This document shows, in pieces, positions 1 through 10,652 of a stretch of 64,000 bases of DNA. The DNA is from Saprospiraceae bacterium (GTDB lineage: Bacteria > Bacteroidota > Bacteroidia > Chitinophagales > Saprospiraceae), in the NCBI GenBank assembly GCA_029212405.1, contig JARGNR010000005.1:2621-66620 (forward strand), in the 5' to 3' direction. Each line of letters opens with the position of its first letter. The first letter of the stretch is position 1. A model generated the notes under the pieces. It was not told the DNA's origin and ran no database searches. It was given only the letters and a program-made list of their open reading frames with translations. The position numbers were made by a program, and so were the translations under genes.

Positions 1-171
1 CAAGTCAGATGTTTCCACTTTTACCATCGCCTCATCTTCAGAAGAATGAAGTACAATGTTGGAAAAAGGAATCGGTTCAGCATTTTCATCTTGTAGTACA
101 CCATTGATTGACAATTGTGCGGAAACAGAAAAAGAAAAAATTGAAAATAGTAAGAGTATAAAATTTCTCAT
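1..171 (-). CDS. 5' end of a gene running off the left edge. Signal peptide plus carboxypeptidase-regulatory-like N-terminus, as in TonB-dependent receptor / SusC-like proteins (partial).
   Basis: Hand translation of the minus strand from ATG at 171-169 gives MRNFILLLFSIFSFSVSAQLSINGVLQDENAEPIPFSNIVLHSSEDEAMVKVETSDL, open to position 1. Absent from the ORF track because only 57 codons lie inside the window. Confidence 0.55.
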   Translation of the reverse strand, partial: MRNFILLLFSIFSFSVSAQLSINGVLQDENAEPIPFSNIVLHSSEDEAMVKVETSDL

Positions 172-356
172 GCTTATAGATTGTAGTAATAGTATTAAAG
201 CAGTTTTTTGTAAAGATTCCTTGAAGTCAAAATCATTATTCATCGAATTATTAAATATTGACTATATTGAATTCACTTCTATAAAAGACGAGGCAAATAT
301 CAAATAGTTGCTTCTTAAATCTTTATTTTGAAACACGCACACAAAAATATCTACTC

Positions 357-1040
357 ATGAGGATTATTCAATTGCAAATTCTACTAATCGTAGTAATAAT
401 CGGATATACGCCACTTCATGCTCAGCATAAAATAAAAATGCTAAATGCCACCCCCTATCACGCGGATCAATACAACGACGCCAAGGGGGATCCCTATTTG
501 TGGAAAGACAATAAAGAGGTCATTGTTTTTGATAACAAAGGACTCGAATACAACAGTGTAAAAGGCAACTACAACGGGTTGAACCATGAATTTGAAGTGT
601 ATAAAGGAACCGAATACATTAAGTTACCTCATGACACCTACATCAGTTTAAAAGTGGTTAATGATAAAAAAATTGACTACACCTTATTTAGCAACGTACA
701 TCCAAAACTTAAAAATAGGTATTGCATCCTCAGAGGGAAGGGAACCACGTTTAGAGTGTATGAAAGTTTTAGAGCTAAAATGTCTGTAGTAACGATTCAA
801 ACTCCTGGCAAACCAACAGAAGTAAAAAAAATTAATTCTACATCGGAGTATTACTTGATTCATGGTACGAATCTCATCCAATTCAAATTAAATAAAAAGA
901 AAATCCTTAGGCTTTTTGGTCACGAAAAGGAAATAAAAAAGTTCTTGAAAGAAAACGACCTTAATCTTAGAAAGATCGAAGAAGTGATTCAATTATTTAC
1001 TTTTTTAGAAGAACAAGATTGGCTTAAAAATAACAATTAA
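357..1040 (+). CDS. hypothetical secreted protein
   Basis: 227-aa ORF with a hydrophobic N-terminal signal-like segment (ILLIVVIIGYTPLHAQ). No motif recognised. Confidence 0.5.
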   Translation: MRIIQLQILLIVVIIGYTPLHAQHKIKMLNATPYHADQYNDAKGDPYLWKDNKEVIVFDNKGLEYNSVKGNYNGLNHEFEVYKGTEYIKLPHDTYISLKVVNDKKIDYTLFSNVHPKLKNRYCILRGKGTTFRVYESFRAKMSVVTIQTPGKPTEVKKINSTSEYYLIHGTNLIQFKLNKKKILRLFGHEKEIKKFLKENDLNLRKIEEVIQLFTFLEEQDWLKNNN

Positions 1041-1107
1041 ATGAAGTGTTGTCTTTAAGGATAAACGAAATTACCCTACATTTAGATTTTGTAAAAAATA
1101 CTACTTT

Positions 1108-3147
1108 ATGTATCGTCAAATTATAGCTCTTATTCTCGTACTTGTTTGTACACAACTTCAATCTCAAATTCAAAAACAAGCCTTAGATTACCTTGATGTG
1201 TTTGAATTGGAATACGCAAACAACCCTCAAATATCTCCAGATGGAAAATTAGTGGTATATCAACGTACGGGATTTGATATAATGACTGATAAAAAAACTA
1301 ATCAGCTTTGGTTGATCAGTGTCGATGGAAAAATCAATAAAAAATTGACATCCAGAGACGCTTCTGAATCACAAGCCACCTGGTCCCCTTCTGGTGATAG
1401 AATTGCTTTTACCAGTTCTTCAAAACACGGATCAGAGATCTATGTGTACTGGATGGATGGTGGACAAATTGCCAAGATTACTCAATTGGAAAAATCGCCA
1501 TCTAATTTAGCTTGGTCTCCTGATGAAAAACATATTGCATTTACCATGACTGTTCCTGCTAAGGCTCCAGTTATCGTAAAAGGAATAAAAAAACCGAAAG
1601 GGGCAAAATGGGCTGAAACACCAAGAATTACGGATCGACTAAAACATGAAGCCGATGGGCAAGGGTACATTGATCCAGGATTCTCCCAAATATTCGTAGT
1701 TCCATCTAATGGCGGTACTGCTCGACAACTCTCTTCTGGAGATTACCAACATCGTTCATCATTATCATGGACGCCCAACAGTGCATCTCTCCTTTTTTCG
1801 GCCAACCGATCAGAAAATTGGGAATACGATTTTAGAAATAGTGAAGTCTACAGTATAGATGTACAAAGTAAAAAAACTACGGCATTAACAGATCGAAATG
1901 GACCAGACTACAGTCCTGTAGTTTCTCCTGATGGTAAAAAAATAGCTTATCTAAGTTATGAAGATAAAGTTCAAGCCTATCAAATACGGCAATTGCACAT
2001 TATGGATATTGACGGCAGCAATAAAAGACTGCTTTCAAAAGACTTGGATAGAAGTGTATCGGGAATAGCTTGGGATCAAAATAGTGCATCCATCTACTTT
2101 TCTTATGATGACAAAGGGAATACTAAAGTAGCTACCATTGATACCAAAGGAAACATACAAAAGATCATTGATAATTTAGGTGGAACATCTTTGGGAAGGC
2201 CCTATGCAGGTGGATCTTATAGTGTTTCGACGAATGGAACCATTGCGTTTACTTATTCTACACCAGCTCATCCAGCAGAAGTAAGCATTTTCAAGAAAGG
2301 ATCCCGAGCTTCCTATCAAATTACTGACTTGAACAGTGATTTACTCGACTATAGAGAACTAGGTAAAGTAGAGGAAGTATGGTATACCTCTTCTTTTGAT
2401 CAAAGAGATATTCAAGGGTGGATTGTATATCCTCCAGGTTATGACAAGACTAAAAAGTACCCTATGATGGTTGAAAATCATGGAGGTCCAATTCTTAATT
2501 ATGGTGATCGATTTTCTACCGAGATACAACTCTATGCAGCTAAAGGGTATGTTGTATTTTACCCTAACCCAAGAGGAAGTACCAGCTATGGCGAAGAGTT
2601 TGGAAATTTACTTTACAACAACTATCCTGGTCAAGACTATAATGATGTAATGGATGGAGTCAATGAATTGATAAAAATGGGTGTCGCTCATGAAGATCAA
2701 TTGTATGTGACAGGAGGAAGTGCAGGTGGAATTATGACAGCATGGATGATCGGTAAAAACAATCGTTTTGAGGCAGCTGTTGTGGCAAAACCAGTAATGA
2801 ACTGGATCAGCAAAACATTGGTAGCAGATAATTATTATGGGTATGCCAACTCAAGATATCCAGGTCAACCATGGGAGAACTTTGAAGGATATTGGAAATT
2901 CTCTCCTATTTCACTGGTAGGAAATGTACAAACTCCAACTATGGTCATGGTAGGAATGAATGACCTGAGAACTCCACCTTCTGAAGCTAAACAATTGTAC
3001 CATGCTTTAAAACTGCGAAAAATAGAAACTGTTCTAGTTGAAATACCAGGTGCTTCTCATGGGATTGCACGTCGTCCAAGTCAATTGATCACTAAAGTTG
3101 CACATACTATTGCTTGGTTCGATCAATATCGGAACCAGAAAAAATAA
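1108..3147 (+). CDS. S9 family serine peptidase (prolyl oligopeptidase / acylaminoacyl-peptidase type) with N-terminal TolB-like beta-propeller
   Basis: Signal peptide. Repeated SPDGK propeller motifs. Nucleophile elbow GGSAGG. Downstream Asp (GMNDLRTP) and His (GASHGI) complete the catalytic triad. Confidence 0.85.
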   Translation: MYRQIIALILVLVCTQLQSQIQKQALDYLDVFELEYANNPQISPDGKLVVYQRTGFDIMTDKKTNQLWLISVDGKINKKLTSRDASESQATWSPSGDRIAFTSSSKHGSEIYVYWMDGGQIAKITQLEKSPSNLAWSPDEKHIAFTMTVPAKAPVIVKGIKKPKGAKWAETPRITDRLKHEADGQGYIDPGFSQIFVVPSNGGTARQLSSGDYQHRSSLSWTPNSASLLFSANRSENWEYDFRNSEVYSIDVQSKKTTALTDRNGPDYSPVVSPDGKKIAYLSYEDKVQAYQIRQLHIMDIDGSNKRLLSKDLDRSVSGIAWDQNSASIYFSYDDKGNTKVATIDTKGNIQKIIDNLGGTSLGRPYAGGSYSVSTNGTIAFTYSTPAHPAEVSIFKKGSRASYQITDLNSDLLDYRELGKVEEVWYTSSFDQRDIQGWIVYPPGYDKTKKYPMMVENHGGPILNYGDRFSTEIQLYAAKGYVVFYPNPRGSTSYGEEFGNLLYNNYPGQDYNDVMDGVNELIKMGVAHEDQLYVTGGSAGGIMTAWMIGKNNRFEAAVVAKPVMNWISKTLVADNYYGYANSRYPGQPWENFEGYWKFSPISLVGNVQTPTMVMVGMNDLRTPPSEAKQLYHALKLRKIETVLVEIPGASHGIARRPSQLITKVAHTIAWFDQYRNQKK

Positions 3148-3169
3148 ACTGTAAAAAGACACAAAAAGC

Positions 3170-5518
3170 GTGAAAGTCTGTATTGCTGAAAAACCGTCTG
3201 TAGCTAGAGAAATCGCCAATGTAATTGGTGCCAAATCTCGTAAAGATGGATATTTTGAGGGGAACGGATATGCAGTTACTTGGACATTTGGTCACTTTTG
3301 TTCGTTGTATGCACCCGATGAATACAAACCTAGCTGGAAACGGTGGGACTTGAATACATTGCCCATGCTCCCGGAACGATTCGAAACTAGACTGATCAAT
3401 GATTCAGGAGTTAAAAAGCAATTTAAAGTAATTAAAAGTCTGTTTCAGAAGGCCAGTGTGGTTATCAATTGTGGGGATGCAGGACAGGAAGGTGAATTGA
3501 TCCAACGTTGGGTAATCAATGAAGCCAACTATACGGGTCCAAGCCAACGGTTATGGATTTCATCTTTGACCAATGAAGCCATACGAGAAGGCTTTGGTAA
3601 ACTGAGGCCGGCCAAAGAATTTGATCGACTGTATTATGCTGGAAGTGCCAGAGCTATTGGAGATTGGCTTCTTGGTATGAATGCAACCCGTCTATACACT
3701 TTAAAATATGGAGGATATAAGCAGGTTTTATCTATTGGTAGGGTCCAAACTCCAACGCTAGCTATGATTGTGGCTCGACACAAAGAGATCGAAAATTTTG
3801 TCTCTTCTCCTTTTTGGGAGCTTCAGACGATATACCGAGCAACTACCTTCAATAGAGTCAAAGGTAGATTTGAACAAAAGGAAAAAGGGGAAACTATTCT
3901 TGATAAAATCAAAGATTCAGATTTCACCATCGTATCCGCAACAAGAAAAGAAGGTAAAGAATATGCTCCAAAATTGTTTGACTTAACCAGCCTACAAGTG
4001 TTTTGTAACAAAAGATACAGCTACAGTGCCGATCAAACATTAAAGTTGGTTCAGAAACTATATGAAATGAAAGTGGTTACCTACCCTCGTGTGGACACCA
4101 CCTATTTGCCCGAGGATCAATACCCCAAAATAAAAGGCATACTTACTGGAATGAAATCCTACAGTAAATTTACTGCGACAGTGCTGTCTAAACCCATTCC
4201 AAAATCGAAGCGAGTATTCGATAATAAAAAAGTGACTGATCACCATGCTATTATTCCAACAGGAAAAGAGTCACACTTAACTGGGGGCTTACTGAATGTG
4301 TATGATGCAATTTCAAGACGATTTATTGCAAACTTCTATCCTATTTGTAAGGTCGCAAATACCACTGTCATTGGTAAAGTGGAAGAGGAAGAATTCAAAG
4401 CGAATGGAAAAGAGATTTTAGAGCCTGGCTGGAGAGTTCTATTTCCAAAAGCGAAAAAGAAAAAAGACCAAGATAGCGATGAAAAAGAGGCAGATGAAGA
4501 TAAAATTCTTCCTTCATTCCAGGCGGGAGAATCAGGGCCACATTCTCCAAAGCTGATTGAGAAAAAGACACAACCTCCAAAATATTATACAGAAGCAACC
4601 CTATTGAGGGCCATGGAAACAGCAGGTAAATCTGTAGACGATGAAGAATTGCGAGATTTGATGAAGGCCAATGGAATTGGTCGACCGTCTACCCGTGCAG
4701 CTATTATTGAGACCTTATTCAAACGAAAATATATCAAGCGAAGGAAAAAAATAATCCTGCCAACCGATTTGGGCATACAACTGATTGATACGATCAATAA
4801 CAAACTATTGAAGTCCGTAGAATTAACGGGTCAATGGGAGAAGCTGTTGAAGGATATTGAAGCAGGTACGTATAATCCTAAAGCATTCATCAATCATATG
4901 AAAAAAATGGTGGATAGTTTGGTCACAGAAGTACGGATGGAAAAAGCAAAAGCATTTGTTGCTCCTTCTACTTCCACTTCAACTTCGATATCTAGTCGTT
5001 CCAAAGCTAAAGGAAGGAAAAAAACTAAACCTTCAAAAGCCAAAAAGAGCATTCATGAATTAAATTGTCCAAAATGTAAAAAGGGATCTTTGCTAAAAGG
5101 AAAATCTGCCTATGGTTGTAGTCAGTGGAAAACAGGCTGTTCCTTCACTTTACCTTTCACTATTTTTGAAAAGAAAATGTCCGATAATCAATTAAAACGA
5201 TTGGTAGAAAAAGGATGTACTACGAACTTAAAAGGGTTCAGTCATTTAGGCACCAAAGTTTCAGGCCTGGTTCGATTTGACGAATCCTTCCAACTGGTCT
5301 TAGAATTGCCAAAAACAAAAAGCCAACCCCAACCCAAGGAAATATTACCATCTTGTCCAAAATGTAAAAAAGGACAAATCATGAGAGGAAAAACTGCTTA
5401 TGGTTGCAGTGAATGGAAAAACGGGTGTGACTTCAAATTTAAGTTTGAAGACATAAAAGCGAAAGCCAAGGGTAAGAAATTGACCAAAGAGCTGGTCTTA
5501 CAAATTATTTCTTCTTGA
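3170..5518 (+). CDS. topB: DNA topoisomerase III with two C-terminal Cys4 zinc-ribbon modules
   Basis: GTG start. Toprim N-terminus MKVCIAEKPSVAREIA. Type IA core. Two CPKCKKG...YGCS.W..GC modules at the C-terminus. Confidence 0.85.
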   Translation: MKVCIAEKPSVAREIANVIGAKSRKDGYFEGNGYAVTWTFGHFCSLYAPDEYKPSWKRWDLNTLPMLPERFETRLINDSGVKKQFKVIKSLFQKASVVINCGDAGQEGELIQRWVINEANYTGPSQRLWISSLTNEAIREGFGKLRPAKEFDRLYYAGSARAIGDWLLGMNATRLYTLKYGGYKQVLSIGRVQTPTLAMIVARHKEIENFVSSPFWELQTIYRATTFNRVKGRFEQKEKGETILDKIKDSDFTIVSATRKEGKEYAPKLFDLTSLQVFCNKRYSYSADQTLKLVQKLYEMKVVTYPRVDTTYLPEDQYPKIKGILTGMKSYSKFTATVLSKPIPKSKRVFDNKKVTDHHAIIPTGKESHLTGGLLNVYDAISRRFIANFYPICKVANTTVIGKVEEEEFKANGKEILEPGWRVLFPKAKKKKDQDSDEKEADEDKILPSFQAGESGPHSPKLIEKKTQPPKYYTEATLLRAMETAGKSVDDEELRDLMKANGIGRPSTRAAIIETLFKRKYIKRRKKIILPTDLGIQLIDTINNKLLKSVELTGQWEKLLKDIEAGTYNPKAFINHMKKMVDSLVTEVRMEKAKAFVAPSTSTSTSISSRSKAKGRKKTKPSKAKKSIHELNCPKCKKGSLLKGKSAYGCSQWKTGCSFTLPFTIFEKKMSDNQLKRLVEKGCTTNLKGFSHLGTKVSGLVRFDESFQLVLELPKTKSQPQPKEILPSCPKCKKGQIMRGKTAYGCSEWKNGCDFKFKFEDIKAKAKGKKLTKELVLQIISS

Positions 5519-5556
5519 CATTTACTTTCTCATTCTATCTAAGCATCTTAGCATAT

Positions 5557-7023
5557 TTACATTCCCTCTGCTTTTTCTACCACCTTAATAAATTCCGACT
5601 TAAATCCGTGAACATCCTTTAGATTTGTTGATTTCAACCAATCAATTACATCGTTATAATTTGTTTCTTCCTTATATTCCGAGTCTGTAATCAACATAGC
5701 GAAGGCAGCTATTCCTGAAGTAAATTTCATGAAGTCTGAAGACTTTTCGAATGAATTTCCTTCATCATAAATATCCAATTCCATAGGTATACTCACATCA
5801 GCATCTGGTTTTTTATACCTGAAATCGATTGAAAAAGTAGGCACCGTCCTAAAATCAATATTGTCTTTTGGCACTATTTCATACAAGGCGGTAATGCTTT
5901 GATTGGCCCCGATTTCGCCAGCATCTTTTTTGTCATCCTCAAAGTCTTCTTCATTCAGCAGTCTGTTTTCATAGCCGATCAACCGATATTGCTCAACATT
6001 GGCTGGATTGAATTCTACTTGAACTTTTACATCTTTGGCCACCGTAAAAAACTTCTCAAACTCATGAATAAATACTTTCTCTAATTGAGCAAGATTATCA
6101 ATGTATTCATACGTTCCATTCCCATTATTTGCAATTTGTTCTAAAGCGGCATCATTTAAATTGCCTCTACCTACACCCAAAACCGTTATGAATACACCTG
6201 TTTCTCTTTTCTCTTCTATAAGTGCCACAAGTTCATCCTGACTAACAGGCCCTACATTAAAATCACCATCTGTACCAATAATGATTCGATTGTTACCCCC
6301 TACAATAAAATTTTGCTCAGCTATTTCATACGCTGTTATAATTCCTTCTGCACCTGCTGTACTTCCTCCTGAATCCAACTCATCAATTGCATCTTTAATC
6401 TTTGATTTTTCAGTACCTGCTGTTGATTCTAAGTGAACTCTTGAAGCTCCTGCGTAGGTTACAATAGCTACTTTATCATCGCTCTTCATCTTCTTATCAA
6501 CGAAAGATTTAAAGCCTTCTTTCAGTAAATCCAATTTATCTCCTTGGCTCATAGAACCTGAGATATCTATTAAGAATATAAAATTGGAAGCGGGTAAATT
6601 ATTTTCAGGAATTGATTCCCCTTTAATGCCAATTCGAACCAATTTATTTGCTGGTTTCCATGGACAGGCACTAACTTCCCCACTAAGGAAAATTGGATGT
6701 TCAAAATTCTCAAATGGATAATCATAATTGAAGTAATTGATCAATTCTTCTGTCCGAATGGCTGCTTTTGGAGGTAGGATATTATCTTGTTTAATAAACC
6801 TCCTCACATTGGCATATGAAGCTCCATCAGCATCGATAGAAAATGTGGAAATAGGTTCATCTGCAACATTGATAAATGGATTTTCTTCTCCCTTTTTCTC
6901 GTAGTTGTCCCCCTGTTCATAGTTCCCATAATCTGACTCGGCATAATACCCATCATCTAAATAAGTACAATTATAGAGTGATCCCAACAATAGAAATACT
7001 AGAATGTAATTTAGCCTTTTCAT
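5557..7023 (-). CDS. von Willebrand factor type A domain protein (YfbK-like), secreted or lipoprotein
   Basis: Signal peptide with Cys (LGSLYNC). MIDAS motif DISGSM. vWA fold signature (GGSTAG, IIGTDGDFNVG). Confidence 0.8.
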   Translation of the reverse strand: MKRLNYILVFLLLGSLYNCTYLDDGYYAESDYGNYEQGDNYEKKGEENPFINVADEPISTFSIDADGASYANVRRFIKQDNILPPKAAIRTEELINYFNYDYPFENFEHPIFLSGEVSACPWKPANKLVRIGIKGESIPENNLPASNFIFLIDISGSMSQGDKLDLLKEGFKSFVDKKMKSDDKVAIVTYAGASRVHLESTAGTEKSKIKDAIDELDSGGSTAGAEGIITAYEIAEQNFIVGGNNRIIIGTDGDFNVGPVSQDELVALIEEKRETGVFITVLGVGRGNLNDAALEQIANNGNGTYEYIDNLAQLEKVFIHEFEKFFTVAKDVKVQVEFNPANVEQYRLIGYENRLLNEEDFEDDKKDAGEIGANQSITALYEIVPKDNIDFRTVPTFSIDFRYKKPDADVSIPMELDIYDEGNSFEKSSDFMKFTSGIAAFAMLITDSEYKEETNYNDVIDWLKSTNLKDVHGFKSEFIKVVEKAEGM

Positions 7024-7308
7024 AACATCGTTTTAGATAGTAATAATCTGTGACAAACTGCACTAAATTGCTTTGCCCACACTGTACTATTATAGAACGC
7101 ACTAAATCACCTAAATGCGTTATTTCCCATTCCTATTCACACATTGTTATCATTTACTCTTCAATCTAAAGAGTTAGAGAGCAATCCTCATTATTGAGGA
7201 AGTAGCTTACAATCCAATCATTCCATACAAAATATGGAACCAATAATCTCTATATTTTAAAGCTTTGGTATGTGTATATGAGTATGCGTAATCCTCTCTT
7301 TTGACAGG

Positions 7309-8094
7309 TTACATATATTTCCGTTGCCATCCTTTCACAAAATACGTCGTTCTACCTGCAATCTTTTCGACTAGAATCTTCCCTTTTTCAGAAGTACCCT
7401 CCTTTGTCCTCCATTTCCAGAACCAATCATCAGGATAGTCTTTGTAATGCGCTGTGCGATCTATGGCAGTGTTTAAAATGGATTGCATTGCAGCAAAAAT
7501 TTCTTTCTTTTTCCTTACTGAAAGTTTGTTTACTCTAGATCCTGGATACACTCTGGTTTGATAACAAATCTCGTCTGCATACAAATTTCCTACCCCAGCC
7601 AGTAGTTTTTGATTCAATAAAAACCCTTTAATGGAGGTAGTTCTCCCATTCATCATTTCAATAAAATCTCCTTCTTGGATAATGAGTGCATCCTCACCCA
7701 AGCCTAGTTCTTTAATATATGTTTTGAGATTTTCAATAAATTCAATCCTAGCGAATTTTCTGGGACAATCAAAACCCAATTTTCCTCCACCTTCGAACAA
7801 AATATGAAACCGTTCGTGCTTTGGTCGGTCTTCTTCTTCAAAATAGTACTTAAAATCACCAGTCATTCCAAAATGGAAAAGTACAAACGTACCATTATCC
7901 AAATGTCCAAACATATACTTTCCTCTTCTACTACTAGCACTAAAACTTTTGCCCGTCAACCTATTTACAAATTCCTGAGCGGAAATATTCCTAATAATTT
8001 TATCATCAGAAATGGAAACATCTACGATTTTTTGCCGTAATGATGTCCCTTCAAAATATTTTTTAAAAGTATTAACTTCTGGTAATTCTGGCAT
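7309..8094 (-). CDS. mutM: Fpg/Nei family DNA glycosylase (formamidopyrimidine-DNA glycosylase-like), zinc-less C-terminus
   Basis: Start re-called to the ATG at 8094, giving MPELPEV (catalytic N-terminal Pro after Met removal). H2TH motif LLNQKLLAGVGNLYADEICY. No CxxC...CxxC zinc finger at the C-terminus. Confidence 0.75.
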   Translation of the reverse strand: MPELPEVNTFKKYFEGTSLRQKIVDVSISDDKIIRNISAQEFVNRLTGKSFSASSRRGKYMFGHLDNGTFVLFHFGMTGDFKYYFEEEDRPKHERFHILFEGGGKLGFDCPRKFARIEFIENLKTYIKELGLGEDALIIQEGDFIEMMNGRTTSIKGFLLNQKLLAGVGNLYADEICYQTRVYPGSRVNKLSVRKKKEIFAAMQSILNTAIDRTAHYKDYPDDWFWKWRTKEGTSEKGKILVEKIAGRTTYFVKGWQRKYM

Positions 8095-8387
8095 ATTAAA
8101 TTGAATTAGTCCTTTTAGGTGATAAATACATTGAAAAATAAGTATAATGTTGAATTCAAATTTAGGAATCTGTTTTAAAAATTCTTTGCTCCTCAAATAT
8201 GTATATTAATAATTGTATTTTGAATCAAATAGTTGCAATATCTCTATCTAGAAATAAGAGTAGTATACAATTGCTAAGGATTATTTTTTTGAACACGTAT
8301 TATGGGCATACCCCATCAAGAAGTGCATAGATTATGGATAACTTCATATTTATCCGAGTATATTGTTAAGTAAGAATAAATAGTAGT

Positions 8388-10517
8388 ATGAAAAAATTCA
8401 TAATTATCATTTGTACTGTGGTCAGTTGTAGTTGTATTACTGCTCAGATAGGACATCCAAATGGAAGTGAATTTCCACAAAAGAAAGAAATTACGGAACA
8501 AGACTATCAAGAAGCAATATCGATATTTGATGCAGATGTAGACCAACCTTCAAAAGATCTTGAAAAAGCCATGGCTACTGCGCAGATGTATTTGATGCGT
8601 CAAAATGATAATGAACGAATGATTCAATTGTTTGATAAAGCTGCTGATTATGCTAAACGAACCGATCAAATAACTGAATATATTGATTTGCGTAGCAATA
8701 AGGCACAACTACTCATTTCCACAGGAAAATACAAAGAAGGGGTGATGACTATAGATAGTTTAATTGCTCAGTATGAAATAAAACCAAACATGCTCGCTCG
8801 TTTTTTCAAGGCCAAAGGTGATGCATATTTGGATTTGGATGATTTTGAAAATTCTGAAAAAAGTTATTTTCGAGGATTATCCATTGCTCAAGGAGAAAAA
8901 GATACATTTAATATCGGAATTTGTTATATCTCACTGGCATCCATGCATTCTCAAATGGGAAACATTTACGATGCGATTGATTATAATATTAAAGGCCTAA
9001 ACATCCTTGAACAAGGAGACCATGCTTACTTGGTCACCGGTGCTTGTAATGTCTTGACCACTATTTTTCAAGACCTAGGGAATTACGAGAAAGCCCAAGA
9101 GTATGCGGAAAAAATGGACTTTCTATCTACCACCAATGGATACAAACAAATTGGAGCTTTTGCGAAAGCTGCCTTGGGAAGGCTTGCCGCACTGCGAGGA
9201 GATTATGAAGAATCGCTGAAGCATTATGACCTAGCCATGAAAGAATTTAATCGAAAGGGAGTAAGAATCCATGGATCAAATGATAAAAGAGCTGCTTTTC
9301 GAGTAAAAAATGATATTGCAAAAATTCATATTAAAACCAATAATCTCAATAAGGCAGAAGATATTCTTAATATGCTTGAACAAGAAAATTACATTGACTA
9401 TCCTGTACTTACAAAATTAAATTATTTCGAAACTCAGATTGAACATGCTATTGCTCGTGAAAAAAATGATAAGATCTTTACGTATTCGAATAAAGCAAAT
9501 GAACTCCTATTGGATGACGCAACATTCGAAGAAAAACAGACTTACGCTTGGATAAGTAAGACTATAGCTGAATACTATGGTAAATTTCGTGAAGCGAATG
9601 AGCATCTCACCACTTATTTTGCTATGAAAGACTCTATCGAAAAAGAGCAAAAATCACAGCTCATTCACAATTTAGAAGCAAAGTATCAAAAAGCAGAACA
9701 AGAAAAAGAAATTTCAAAATTGAGCTTTGAAAATGAAAAGGCGGAGGCTCAACTAACACAAAAAAACATTCTCCTCTTACTAGGTTCCATTGGCGTAGTA
9801 ATTTTATCCTTTTTAGTATTCCAGTTTTACAAATTGTATCAGTCCAATAAACGCAATAAAGAACAATTGGCTTCTCAGAATACAATTATTACAAAAGCAC
9901 TTGATGATAAAAATACCTTATTGAAAGAAATCCACCATAGGGTGAAAAATAATCTTCAAGTTATCTCCTCTCTATTAAGTCTCCAGTCTAGGTTTATAAA
10001 AGATGAAGAAACTCTCGATGCTATAAAAGCGGGGAAATCTAGGGTGCAATCGATGTCCCTCCTTCACCAAAATTTATACCGGGATGATAATCTCAAAGGA
10101 GTAGAAATGAATCAATATTTCCAAAATCTGGTTCAAAATTTATTTGACACCTACAACATCGAAGACAACATTCAATTCACAACAGCGATTGATGATCTCA
10201 CCTTAGATATTGATACGGTCGTGCCGATGGGGCTTATTACCAACGAATTGATCAGTAATGCATTAAAACATGCGTTCAAAGGAAGAGATTCTGGCAACAT
10301 ACATTTAAGCCTTATAGAAAAAGAAAATTCACTCTATTTGACTGTAAAAGATGACGGAATTGGACTTCCAGATAGTGAACTACCTGTTACTTATAAATCA
10401 TTGGGAGCCACTCTCATTCAATCTTTCACTGAAAAATTAGAAGGTGAGATAGAAATTGATAATTCAAATGGAAGTTCTATTACTATTGAAATAAATGATT
10501 ATACTAAGATAAAATAG
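8388..10517 (+). CDS. sensor histidine kinase with N-terminal TPR-like repeats, one TM segment and a HisKA_2-type H-box
   Basis: Signal peptide. TPR-like helical repeats. TM segment ILLLLGSIGVVILSFLVF. H-box HHRVKNNLQVISSLLSLQ. ATPase motifs NALKHAF and DDGIGLP. Confidence 0.8.
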   Translation: MKKFIIIICTVVSCSCITAQIGHPNGSEFPQKKEITEQDYQEAISIFDADVDQPSKDLEKAMATAQMYLMRQNDNERMIQLFDKAADYAKRTDQITEYIDLRSNKAQLLISTGKYKEGVMTIDSLIAQYEIKPNMLARFFKAKGDAYLDLDDFENSEKSYFRGLSIAQGEKDTFNIGICYISLASMHSQMGNIYDAIDYNIKGLNILEQGDHAYLVTGACNVLTTIFQDLGNYEKAQEYAEKMDFLSTTNGYKQIGAFAKAALGRLAALRGDYEESLKHYDLAMKEFNRKGVRIHGSNDKRAAFRVKNDIAKIHIKTNNLNKAEDILNMLEQENYIDYPVLTKLNYFETQIEHAIAREKNDKIFTYSNKANELLLDDATFEEKQTYAWISKTIAEYYGKFREANEHLTTYFAMKDSIEKEQKSQLIHNLEAKYQKAEQEKEISKLSFENEKAEAQLTQKNILLLLGSIGVVILSFLVFQFYKLYQSNKRNKEQLASQNTIITKALDDKNTLLKEIHHRVKNNLQVISSLLSLQSRFIKDEETLDAIKAGKSRVQSMSLLHQNLYRDDNLKGVEMNQYFQNLVQNLFDTYNIEDNIQFTTAIDDLTLDIDTVVPMGLITNELISNALKHAFKGRDSGNIHLSLIEKENSLYLTVKDDGIGLPDSELPVTYKSLGATLIQSFTEKLEGEIEIDNSNGSSITIEINDYTKIK

Positions 10518-10652
10518 GAGTTTAAATTAGTCCTTTTGGGTGAGGGACATTAGAATATGCTTTTTTACTATTGCCTGAACCCTCAACCAAAATAAATGGT
10601 ACGGATAGGCAAGACAGAATTACATAACTTTATAAGTGAAAATTACGATTTT

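Noticed and set aside
56-307. 83-aa plus-strand ORF at the left edge
   Set aside because: It overlaps a convincing minus-strand gene start (signal peptide plus CarboxypepD_reg-like sequence), and its own translation is Ser/Cys/Lys-rich junk.
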